A DNA stretch of 64,000 nt, taken from NCBI RefSeq assembly GCF_988242995.1, contig NZ_OZ547043.1. One strand, 5' to 3'. This document shows, one piece after another, positions 45,213 to 54,799 of the stretch. Each line of letters opens with the position of its first letter. The first letter of the stretch is position 1. The notes below the pieces were generated by a model. It was not told where the DNA came from. It did no database searches and worked only from the letters and a program-made list of their open reading frames with translations. A program made the position numbers and the translations under genes.

Positions 45213-46475
45213 TTGATCATTATTCTGATCATCATGGTGGTCATTTCAGCCTATTTTTCCGGGTCCGAAACCGGAATGATGACCCTCAACCGCTATCGTC
45301 TGCGACATATGGCGAAACAGGGTAATCGCTCGGCCAAGCGCGTCGAAAAATTGCTGCGTAAGCCAGACCGCCTGATAAGCCTGGTATTAATCGGCAATAA
45401 CCTGGTCAATATTCTTGCCTCCGCGCTCGGCACTATTGTTGGGATGCGTTTGTACGGCGATGCGGGCGTGGCAATTGCGACTGGTGTGCTGACTTTTGTC
45501 GTACTGGTTTTTGCTGAGGTATTGCCGAAAACCATTGCCGCGCTGTACCCGGAAAAAGTCGCTTATCCGAGTAGTTTTCTGCTGGCTCCGCTGCAAATTT
45601 TGATGATGCCGCTGGTCTGGTTGCTGAATGCTATCACCCGTATGCTGATGCGCATGATGGGTATCAAAACCGATATCGTGGTTAGCGGCTCTTTGAGCAA
45701 AGAAGAGTTGCGCACTATCGTGCATGAGTCGCGCTCACAAATTTCCCGTCGCAATCAGGATATGCTGCTGTCTGTGCTCGATCTGGAAAAGATGACCGTT
45801 GATGACATCATGGTGCCGCGCAGTGAAATTATCGGTATTGATATCAACGATGACTGGAAATCGATTCTGCGCCAACTATCCCACTCACCTCACGGGCGCA
45901 TCGTGCTCTACCGTGATTCGCTGGACGACGCCATCAGTATGCTGCGAGTACGTGAAGCCTGGCGGTTGATGTCGGAGAAAAAAGAGTTCACCAAAGAAAC
46001 CATGCTGCGCGCCGCGGACGAGATCTATTTTGTCCCGGAAGGTACGCCCCTCAGCACGCAGTTGGTGAAGTTTCAGCGCAACAAAAAGAAAGTCGGCCTG
46101 GTCGTCAACGAATATGGAGACATTCAGGGGCTGGTGACGGTTGAAGATATTCTGGAAGAGATAGTTGGTGATTTCACCACGTCGATGTCGCCAACACTTG
46201 CCGAAGAAGTCACTCCGCAAAACGACGGTTCGGTGATTATTGATGGCACTGCCAACGTGCGGGAAATCAACAAAGCCTTTAACTGGCATCTACCGGAAGA
46301 TGATGCCCGCACGGTTAATGGCGTCATTCTTGAGGCACTGGAAGAGATCCCTGTCGCAGGCACCCGCGTGCGTATTGGCGAGTACGATATTGATATTCTC
46401 GACGTACAGGACAATATGATTAAGCAGGTAAAAGTTTTTCCTGTGAAACCGCTGCGCGAGAGTGTGGCGGAGTAA
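45213..46475 (+). CDS. yfjD: CNNM/CorB-type membrane protein YfjD (DUF21, CBS pair, CorC-HlyC domain)
   Basis: 420-aa ORF with N-terminal TM domain then CBS-pair region; exact start uncertain. Confidence 0.8.
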   Translation: MIIILIIMVVISAYFSGSETGMMTLNRYRLRHMAKQGNRSAKRVEKLLRKPDRLISLVLIGNNLVNILASALGTIVGMRLYGDAGVAIATGVLTFVVLVFAEVLPKTIAALYPEKVAYPSSFLLAPLQILMMPLVWLLNAITRMLMRMMGIKTDIVVSGSLSKEELRTIVHESRSQISRRNQDMLLSVLDLEKMTVDDIMVPRSEIIGIDINDDWKSILRQLSHSPHGRIVLYRDSLDDAISMLRVREAWRLMSEKKEFTKETMLRAADEIYFVPEGTPLSTQLVKFQRNKKKVGLVVNEYGDIQGLVTVEDILEEIVGDFTTSMSPTLAEEVTPQNDGSVIIDGTANVREINKAFNWHLPEDDARTVNGVILEALEEIPVAGTRVRIGEYDIDILDVQDNMIKQVKVFPVKPLRESVAE

Positions 46476-46529
46476 CGAAAACGGCCCTGCATTCGCATGC
46501 AGGGCCGTGAATTATTACGAAAACAGAAA

Positions 46530-47156
<627 letters not shown>

Positions 47157-47168
47157 CTAACTTCGCTT

Positions 47169-47196
47169 ATTATGGGGATCAGTTTCAGGGTTTCAA
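47169..47196 (-). promoter_or_regulatory. Sigma-32 heat-shock promoter of grpE
   Basis: Minus strand reads CCCTTGAAA-N13-CCCCATAAT, a near-perfect sigma-32 consensus. Confidence 0.8.
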
Positions 47197-47245
47197 GGGA
47201 AGCACTCACATTGTCATCAATCTTCGCAACAAGGACCTCGGAAAA

Positions 47246-48124
47246 ATGAATAATCATTTCAAGTGTATTGGCATTGTGGGACACCCACGGCACCCCACTG
47301 CACTGACAACACATGAAATGCTCTACCGCTGGCTGTGCACAAAAGGTTACGAGGTCATCGTTGAGCAACAAATCGCTCACGAACTGCAACTGAAGAATGT
47401 GAAAACTGGCACGCTCGCGGAGATTGGGCAACAGGCTGATCTCGCGGTTGTCGTTGGCGGCGACGGTAATATGCTGGGCGCGGCGCGCACGCTCGCCCGT
47501 TACGATATTAAAGTTATTGGAATCAACCGTGGCAACCTGGGTTTCCTGACCGACCTTGATCCCGATAACGCCCAGCAACAGTTAGCCGATGTGCTGGAAG
47601 GCCACTACATCAGCGAAAAACGTTTTTTGCTGGAAGCGCAAGTCTGTCAGCAAGATTGCCAGAAACGCATCAGCACGGCGATTAACGAAGTGGTACTTCA
47701 CCCTGGCAAAGTGGCGCATATGATTGAGTTCGAAGTGTATATCGACGAGATCTTTGCGTTTTCTCAGCGTTCTGATGGCCTGATTATTTCGACGCCAACA
47801 GGTTCCACCGCTTATTCCCTCTCAGCGGGAGGTCCGATTCTGACACCGTCTCTGGATGCGATTACCCTGGTGCCCATGTTCCCGCATACGTTGTCAGCAC
47901 GACCACTGGTTATAAACAGCAGCAGCACGATCCGTCTGCGTTTTTCGCATCGCCGTAACGACCTGGAAATCAGTTGCGACAGCCAGATAGCACTACCTAT
48001 TCAGGAAGGTGAAGATGTCTTGATTCGTCGCTGTGATTACCATCTGAATCTAATTCATCCGAAAGATTACAGTTATTTCAATACATTAAGCACCAAACTC
48101 GGCTGGTCAAAAAAATTATTCTAA
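47246..48124 (+). CDS. nadK: NAD kinase
   Basis: 292-aa ORF with GGDGN motif ([14 protein letters not shown]). Confidence 0.93.
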
Positions 48125-48143
48125 TTTTACGCCAGCCTCTTTA

Positions 48144-48199
48144 CTGTATATAAAACCAGTTTATACTGTACACAATAACAGTAATGGTTTTTCATACAG
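48144..48199. promoter_or_regulatory. Tandem LexA (SOS) boxes in the recN promoter
   Basis: CTGTATATAAAACCAG (48144-48159), CTGTACACAATAACAG (48166-48181) and a weaker third site ending ACAG at 48199; consensus CTGT-N8-ACAG. Confidence 0.85.
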
Positions 48200-48209
48200 G
48201 AAAACAACT

Positions 48210-49871
48210 ATGTTGGCACAACTGACCATCAGCAACTTTGCTATCGTTCGTGAGCTTGAGATTGATTTTCATAGCGGCATGACCGTAATAACTGGCGAGA
48301 CCGGCGCGGGTAAATCTATTGCAATAGATGCCCTCGGCCTTTGTCTCGGTGGTCGCGCTGAAGCCGACATGGTGCGTACCGGCGCTGCTCGTGCCGACCT
48401 GTGCGCCCGTTTTTCACTGAAAGATACGCCAGCGGCTCTGCGCTGGCTGGAAGAAAACCAACTGGAAGATGGCCGTGAATGTCTGCTTCGTCGCGTAATC
48501 AGCAGCGATGGTCGCTCACGAGGTTTTATCAACGGTACAGCTGTTCCTCTGTCACAACTGCGCGAACTAGGTCAGTTGCTGATTCAGATCCATGGTCAGC
48601 ATGCTCATCAGTTACTTACCAAACCCGAGCACCAAAAATTCCTTCTTGATGGCTATGCCAATGAAACCTCTCTGCTCCAGGAAATGACCGCACGTTATCA
48701 GTTGTGGCATCAAAGCTGCCGTGACCTCGCGCATCATCAACAGTTAAGTCAGGAACGTGCTGCCCGTGCGGAATTGCTGCAATACCAATTAAAAGAACTT
48801 AACGAATTTAATCCGCAGCCCGGAGAGTTTGAGCAAATCGACGAAGAGTACAAACGTCTGGCGAATAGCGGCCAATTACTGACCACCAGCCAGAATGCAT
48901 TGGCATTAATGGCCGATGGTGAAGACGCAAACCTGCAAAGTCAGCTTTACACGGCTAAACAACTGGTGAGCGAATTGATTGGCATGGACAGCAAACTGTC
49001 CGGCGTACTTGATATGCTGGAAGAAGCTACCATCCAGATTGCTGAAGCCAGCGATGAACTGCGCCACTACTGCGATCGTCTGGATCTCGATCCCAACCGA
49101 CTGTTTGAACTTGAACAGCGCATCTCAAAACAGATTTCGCTGGCACGTAAACATCACGTCAGCCCTGAGGCATTGCCACAGTATTACCAGTCGCTACTGG
49201 AAGAACAGCAGCAACTGGACGATCAGGCCGACTCACAAGAAACGCTCGCGCTGGCGGTAACGAAACATCATCAGCAGGCACTGGAAACCGCGCACGCATT
49301 ACACCAGCAACGCCAGCACTATGCAGAAGAACTTGCACAGCTGATCACCGACAGTATGCATGCACTCTCTATGCCGCATGGGCAGTTTACGATTGATGTT
49401 AAATTTGACGAGCATCACCTGGGCGCTGACGGCGCTGATCGTATTGAGTTTCGGGTAACCACCAACCCAGGTCAGCCAATGCAGCCTATTGCCAAAGTTG
49501 CATCCGGTGGTGAATTGTCCCGCATCGCATTGGCAATTCAGGTCATCACGGCGCGTAAAATGGAAACCCCGGCACTGATTTTTGATGAAGTGGATGTAGG
49601 GATTAGCGGTCCAACAGCGGCAGTTGTCGGCAAACTGCTGCGTCAACTTGGCGAATCAACTCAGGTGATGTGTGTTACCCACCTGCCACAAGTCGCGGGA
49701 TGTGGTCATCAACACTATTTTGTCAGCAAAGAAACCGATGGTGCGATGACAGAAACGCATATGCAATCCCTGGATAAAAAAGCGCGGTTACAAGAGCTGG
49801 CGCGCCTGCTTGGTGGCAGTGAAGTCACACGTAACACACTGGCGAATGCGAAAGAACTACTTGCGGCGTAA
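48210..49871 (+). CDS. recN: DNA repair protein RecN (SMC-like ATPase)
   Basis: 553-aa ORF with Walker A (GETGAGKS), long coiled coil, C-terminal Walker B/signature region. Confidence 0.95.
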   Translation: MLAQLTISNFAIVRELEIDFHSGMTVITGETGAGKSIAIDALGLCLGGRAEADMVRTGAARADLCARFSLKDTPAALRWLEENQLEDGRECLLRRVISSDGRSRGFINGTAVPLSQLRELGQLLIQIHGQHAHQLLTKPEHQKFLLDGYANETSLLQEMTARYQLWHQSCRDLAHHQQLSQERAARAELLQYQLKELNEFNPQPGEFEQIDEEYKRLANSGQLLTTSQNALALMADGEDANLQSQLYTAKQLVSELIGMDSKLSGVLDMLEEATIQIAEASDELRHYCDRLDLDPNRLFELEQRISKQISLARKHHVSPEALPQYYQSLLEEQQQLDDQADSQETLALAVTKHHQQALETAHALHQQRQHYAEELAQLITDSMHALSMPHGQFTIDVKFDEHHLGADGADRIEFRVTTNPGQPMQPIAKVASGGELSRIALAIQVITARKMETPALIFDEVDVGISGPTAAVVGKLLRQLGESTQVMCVTHLPQVAGCGHQHYFVSKETDGAMTETHMQSLDKKARLQELARLLGGSEVTRNTLANAKELLAA

Positions 49872-50019
49872 ACTTTTTTCCTGCTTCACGGTCAGAGTAA
49901 ACAGCAAAACGCCGTAAGACCGGAAAGCAAAAGGTTTTAAAGTGATGAAAGGTCTATTATCATCGGCATATTACAGATGAGCCACGTACTGCTCGGGCCC
50001 GAAAAGGAATCAAATCACT

Positions 50020-50361
50020 ATGCGCTGTAAAACGCTGACTGCTGCAGCAGCAGTACTATTGATGTTGACCGCAGGCTGTTCCACTCTGGAGCGAGTGGTT
50101 TACCGTCCTGACATCAACCAGGGGAACTATCTGACCGCTAACGACGTATCCAAAATACGTGTTGGCATGACGCAACAACAAGTTGCGTACGCATTGGGTA
50201 CACCGCTGATGTCCGATCCATTTGGTACGAATACCTGGTTCTATGTCTTCCGCCAGCAACCAGGTCATGAAGGTGTAACGCAGCAAACGCTGACGCTGAC
50301 CTTTAACAGTAGCGGAGTGTTGACCAACATTGATAATAAACCTGCGCTGAGTGGTAACTAA
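50020..50361 (+). CDS. bamE: Outer-membrane assembly lipoprotein BamE (SmpA)
   Basis: 113-aa ORF with lipobox (LTAGCS). Confidence 0.92.
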
Positions 50362-50421
50362 TCATAAAGTTGCCCTCAAAGACGTTAAAAAGGTGCTCAA
50401 TGAGCACCTTTTTTCTGTCTG

Positions 50422-50712
50422 TTATTTATTCGCTGATTTTTCTGCTCGTTGCCTGCGCAGCTCTTTCGGATCGGCAATGAGAGGACGATAAATCTCCACC
50501 CGATCGCCATCATGCACAATATCGCTGAGTTTTGCCGGACGGCTGTAAATGCCGACTTTGTTTTTAGTTAAATCGATATCGGTACGCAATTCCAGCAAGC
50601 CACTGGCACGAATAGCTTCTTCAACCGTCGCACCCTCCTGCAGCGTCACGCGCTGCAGGTACTGCTTCTCAGGTAGCGCATAAGCCACCTCAACGGCAAT
50701 TTTACCTGGCAC
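50422..50712 (-). CDS. ratB: UPF0125 protein RatB (YfjF), antitoxin-like partner of RatA
   Basis: ORF track gives 124 aa; probable GTG start giving (M)[16 protein letters not shown] (96 aa); 5' end overlaps ratA 3' end by 11 nt. Confidence 0.7.
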
Positions 50713-51178
50713 TGTAAACCTCTTTCGCACGAACCGTAAAAGCCTGGACCATATTAGCCGCCAGCTCTTTAAACACGCGACCAAAGGCGAGTTCAATCAA
50801 CTTATTGGTAAACTCAAAGTCGAGATGAAACTCGATACGACACGCCTCCTGGCTCAGCGGCGTAAACTTCCATCCACCGATCAATTTCTTGAACGGCCCA
50901 TCCACCAGATTCATAAGAATACTTTGGTTACTGGTCAACTGGTTGCGGGTAGTAAACGTTTTGCTGATCCCAGCCTTAGAGACATCTACCGCTGCAGTCA
51001 TCTGCCCAGGAGTGGACTCCAGAATCCGACTTCCGGTACAACCCGGCAAAAACTGAGGATAAGACTGAACGTCATTCACTAACTGATACATTTGCTCCGC
51101 GCTGTAGGGTACCAGTGCGGTCCGGCTAATCTGAGGCATAACAATTTCCATCAACAAAAATCCAACAAATAATATCAT
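50702..51178 (-). CDS. ratA: Ribosome association toxin RatA (YfjG), SRPBCC family
   Basis: 158-aa ORF; divergent from smpB. Confidence 0.85.
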
Positions 51179-51309
51179 TTATCCTGCTGTAAAAAAAACG
51201 CTATCCCGGCGCTGGGTAACATCGGGTTCATGCTAAGATAGAGCCTTGTCCCCCGCAGGATTGATATGGGGTGTTTTCGATTTCAGATTACCGATGATTC
51301 ACGACGCTT

Positions 51310-51792
51310 ATGACGAAGAAAAAAGCACATAAACCTGGTTCAGCGACCATCGCGCTTAACAAGCGCGCCCGGCACGAATACTTTATCGAAGAAGAGTTCG
51401 AAGCGGGACTTGCCCTGCAAGGCTGGGAGGTTAAATCCCTGCGCGCAGGAAAAGCCAATATCAGCGACAGCTACGTCCTTCTACGTGATGGAGAAGCATT
51501 TCTGTTTGGCGCTAACATCACGCCAATGGCTGTGGCCTCCACGCATGTGGTGTGCGATCCTACCCGTACCCGCAAGTTACTTCTCAACCAGCGCGAACTG
51601 GACTCATTGTACGGTCGCGTCAATCGAGAAGGCTATACCGTAGTGGCGCTCTCCCTGTACTGGAAAAATGCCTGGTGCAAAGTGAAAATCGGCGTCGCCA
51701 AAGGTAAGAAACAGCACGATAAACGTTCAGATATCAAAGAACGCGAATGGCAGGTGGATAAAGCGCGTATCATGAAAAACGCCCACCGTTAA
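51310..51792 (+). CDS. smpB: SsrA-binding protein SmpB
   Basis: 160-aa ORF directly upstream of the tmRNA gene. Confidence 0.95.
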
Positions 51793-52006
51793 ACCTGCAC
51801 TGCAATTATTGACCCGCTCCTCACCGCGCCTCCCTCTCCGGCGGCGCGAATGCACATCTTATTGGCTATCACATCCGACACAAATGTTGCCATCCCATTG
51901 CTTAATCGAATAAAAATCAGGCTACATGGGTGCTAAATCTTTAACGATAACGCCATTGAGGCTGGTCATGGCACTCATGAATCTGGTATACTTACCGTTA
52001 CACATT

Positions 52007-52369
52007 GGGGCTGATTCTGGATTCGACGGGATTTGCGAAACCCAAGGTGCATGCCGAGGGGCGGTTGGCCTCGTAAAAAGCCGCAAAAAATAGTCGCAAA
52101 CGACGAAAACTACGCTTTAGCAGCTTAATAACCTGCTTAGAGCCCTCTCTCCCTAGCCTCCGCTCTTAGGACGGGGATCAAGAGAGGTCAAACCCAAAAG
52201 AGATCGCGTGGAAGCCCTGCCTGGGGTTGAAGCGTTAAAACTTAATCAGGCTAGTTTGTTAGTGGCGTGTCCGTCCGCAGCTGGCAAGCGAATGTAAAGA
52301 CTGACTAAGCATGTAGTACCGAGGATGTAGGAATTTCGGACGCGGGTTCAACTCCCGCCAGCTCCACCA
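52007..52369 (+). ncRNA. ssrA: tmRNA (SsrA / 10Sa RNA)
   Basis: 363 nt from GGGGCTGATTCTGGATTCGACGGG to ...CCCGCCAGCTCCACCA; contains the tag reading frame region; tRNA-like 3' end. Confidence 0.96.
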
Positions 52370-52483
52370 CTTGCTCTTCCGGATACGTCCGGAGAAATCC
52401 TGAAAGCCCGCATGGCGCAAGCCCTGTGGGCTTTTTTGTGTCTACCGTTGTCCGAGGATATCCAGCTGAGTCCAGTGATTATT

Positions 52484-52531
52484 GGTATACGTTTAGGTAT
52501 ACGGTAAGATGTATACCTAAATGCGTATACC
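52484..52531. promoter_or_regulatory. Repeat cluster at the int 5' end (GTATAC-containing repeats with an 11-bp inverted repeat); candidate Int arm-type sites or int operator
   Basis: TTTAGGTATAC-N8-GTATACCTAAA perfect inverted repeat (about 52492-52521) abutting the ATG at 52521, plus two more GGTATAC/CGTATACC copies. Confidence 0.45.
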
Positions 52532-53753
52532 AATTCATGAAGGAACGGCCAAAGTGGCAAGAACGACACGTCCCCTGACCAACACTGAAGTTCTGCGCGC
52601 TAAAGCGTTAGAAAAGGATCTAACGTTGCATGATGGCGATGGCCTTTTTCTGCTCGTTAAAACGAACGGTAAGAAATTATGGCGTTTCCGCTACCAAAAG
52701 CCAGTAACAAAACAGCGGACCATGATTAGTTTAGGAACCTTCCCTGCACTATCCTTGGCTGAAATCAGAAATGTGCGAGCTAAGTATCTTTCCTTGTTAG
52801 CCAAGGGGATCGATCCACAAACACACAATGAACAAGTCACACAACAACAACAAATTGCAGTAGAAAGTATTTTTTCAAACGTTGCTAAAAATTGGTTTGC
52901 CATTAAACGCAATAGCGTTACACCTGATTATGCAAAGGATATATGGCGATCCTTAGAGAAGGACATTTTCCCTGCTATCGGAGAGATTCCTGTTCAGGAA
53001 ATAAAAGCACGTATATTAATTGAAGCCCTAGAACCAATTAAGGCCCGCGGTGCACTCGAGACTGTTCGTCGTTTGGTGCAACGTATTAACGAAATTATGA
53101 TCTACGCTGTCAATACCGGATTAATTGAGGCTAATCCTGCGTCAGGTATTGGCATGGCTTTTGATAAACCCAAAAAGCAAAATTTGCCAACGCTGCGGCC
53201 AGAAGAATTACCTAAACTGATGCATTCTCTAGTAATGTCAAACCTGTCTATTCCTACTCGTTGTCTGATCGAATGGCAACTACTGACACTCGTTCGCCCT
53301 TCAGAAGCCTCTGGCGCCCGCTGGGATGAGATCGATTTAGAATCCAAACTTTGGAGAATTCCTGCTGAAAGGATGAAAGCAAAGCGCGAACATATAGTTC
53401 CTTTATCATCTCAAGCTTTAATTATTCTTGAAGTAATGAAACCCATAAGTGCTCATCGTGAACATATATTTCCTAGCAGGAATAACCCTCAAGAACCGAT
53501 GAATAGCCAAACAGCAAATGCAGCATTAAAACGCATAGGGTACGGAGGAAAGTTAGTTGCACATGGACTCCGTTCTATTGCCAGCACTGCATTAAATGAA
53601 GCCGAATTTAATTCTGACATTATTGAATCAGCTCTTGCACATGTTGATAAAAATGAGGTGAGAAGAGCATATAACCGCTCCACTTATCTTGATAAACGTA
53701 AAGAGATGATGGCTTGGTGGGGAAATTTTATATATAAAAATAATTCATTATAA
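52521..53753 (+). CDS. int: Tyrosine recombinase (phage integrase, P4/CP4-57 family)
   Basis: 410-aa ORF with C-terminal catalytic region (HGLRSIAST...LAHVD...RRAYNRSTYLDKR); real start may be the downstream GTG (about 52551, reading VARTTRPLT). Confidence 0.88.
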   Translation: MRIPIHEGTAKVARTTRPLTNTEVLRAKALEKDLTLHDGDGLFLLVKTNGKKLWRFRYQKPVTKQRTMISLGTFPALSLAEIRNVRAKYLSLLAKGIDPQTHNEQVTQQQQIAVESIFSNVAKNWFAIKRNSVTPDYAKDIWRSLEKDIFPAIGEIPVQEIKARILIEALEPIKARGALETVRRLVQRINEIMIYAVNTGLIEANPASGIGMAFDKPKKQNLPTLRPEELPKLMHSLVMSNLSIPTRCLIEWQLLTLVRPSEASGARWDEIDLESKLWRIPAERMKAKREHIVPLSSQALIILEVMKPISAHREHIFPSRNNPQEPMNSQTANAALKRIGYGGKLVAHGLRSIASTALNEAEFNSDIIESALAHVDKNEVRRAYNRSTYLDKRKEMMAWWGNFIYKNNSL

Positions 53754-53764
53754 AAGGTATTACA

Positions 53765-54799
53765 ATGAATATTGATTCTATAAAACTTCATTTACAAAAT
53801 TTTTTCACAAATAATCCAACTGTTCTTATCGGTTCTGGCCTCTCTCTCGGTGAGGGGATTCCAGGTATGAAAACATTGGGAGAACATCTTAATACAACTA
53901 TCCCCAAATTAGTAAGCGGGGATCTTATAAGAGAATGGGGTATCATAAGTTCCAAACTAAATAATGGTATGGGACTTGAAGATGCCATGGCATTTCTTAA
54001 AGATGAAAGTGAACTTATCCCATTAATTATTCAGCACACCGCAGATCTTATTTTAAAGCATGAAAATACTGTAATATGCTCTGTAATCAATGGAGAAAAA
54101 AATCTAGCATTTACATCTTTATTGAATCACTTAACTTTTAATCAAAATGAATTGATAATTATAACTCCAAACTATGATAGACTAATTGAAATAGCATGTG
54201 AAATTGCTGGTCTAGAAATTTCAACAGGATTTATCAATAGTTATCATTGTATAAATAATCCTGAAGTTGAGTTAGATAAATTCAAAATCACCCACTCTAT
54301 CAAAACCACACGAGGTAAATCTACAGTTCAAATTAGAACTAAAAAACACGTTAAAATATTTAAACCTCATGGTAGTCTTGATTGGTTCAAGGCTGACGAT
54401 AAAATTATCAGGACCAGCTTTCAAAATAAACATAAAAGATTAATTATTACACCAGGTACAAGTAAATTCAGAGCTGGATATCAGCAGCCTTTTGATTGGC
54501 ATAGAGAAAAAGCAAACCATTATATCAAAAGAGCAAAATCACTATTAATTATTGGCTATGGGTTTAATGATGAGCAGTTAGAAGTACATTTGAAATCAAA
54601 AATACGTGAAAAAATACCTGTTTTATTAATGACATATGAATTGACATCAAACGCTCAAAAAATATGTGATGATAATCCTTCTATAACATATGTTATTGCA
54701 GAAGGAAACAATTCCATCGTTTGTATCGATGGCATTAAATATAAAATCGAAAAGAATATTTGGTCTTTAAATGAGTTTGTTAAAGAGGTACTTAAATAA
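53765..54799 (+). CDS. SIR2-like NAD+-binding protein (predicted NADase effector); cargo gene 1
   Basis: 344-aa ORF. Gly-rich NAD-binding loop VLIGSGLSLGEG, TPNYD motif (catalytic Asn codon 54170-54172), KPHGS motif (His codon 54367-54369) and second Rossmann motif IIGYGFND. Low GC; stop overlaps next gene's start (TAATG). Confidence 0.8.
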   Translation: MNIDSIKLHLQNFFTNNPTVLIGSGLSLGEGIPGMKTLGEHLNTTIPKLVSGDLIREWGIISSKLNNGMGLEDAMAFLKDESELIPLIIQHTADLILKHENTVICSVINGEKNLAFTSLLNHLTFNQNELIIITPNYDRLIEIACEIAGLEISTGFINSYHCINNPEVELDKFKITHSIKTTRGKSTVQIRTKKHVKIFKPHGSLDWFKADDKIIRTSFQNKHKRLIITPGTSKFRAGYQQPFDWHREKANHYIKRAKSLLIIGYGFNDEQLEVHLKSKIREKIPVLLMTYELTSNAQKICDDNPSITYVIAEGNNSIVCIDGIKYKIEKNIWSLNEFVKEVLK

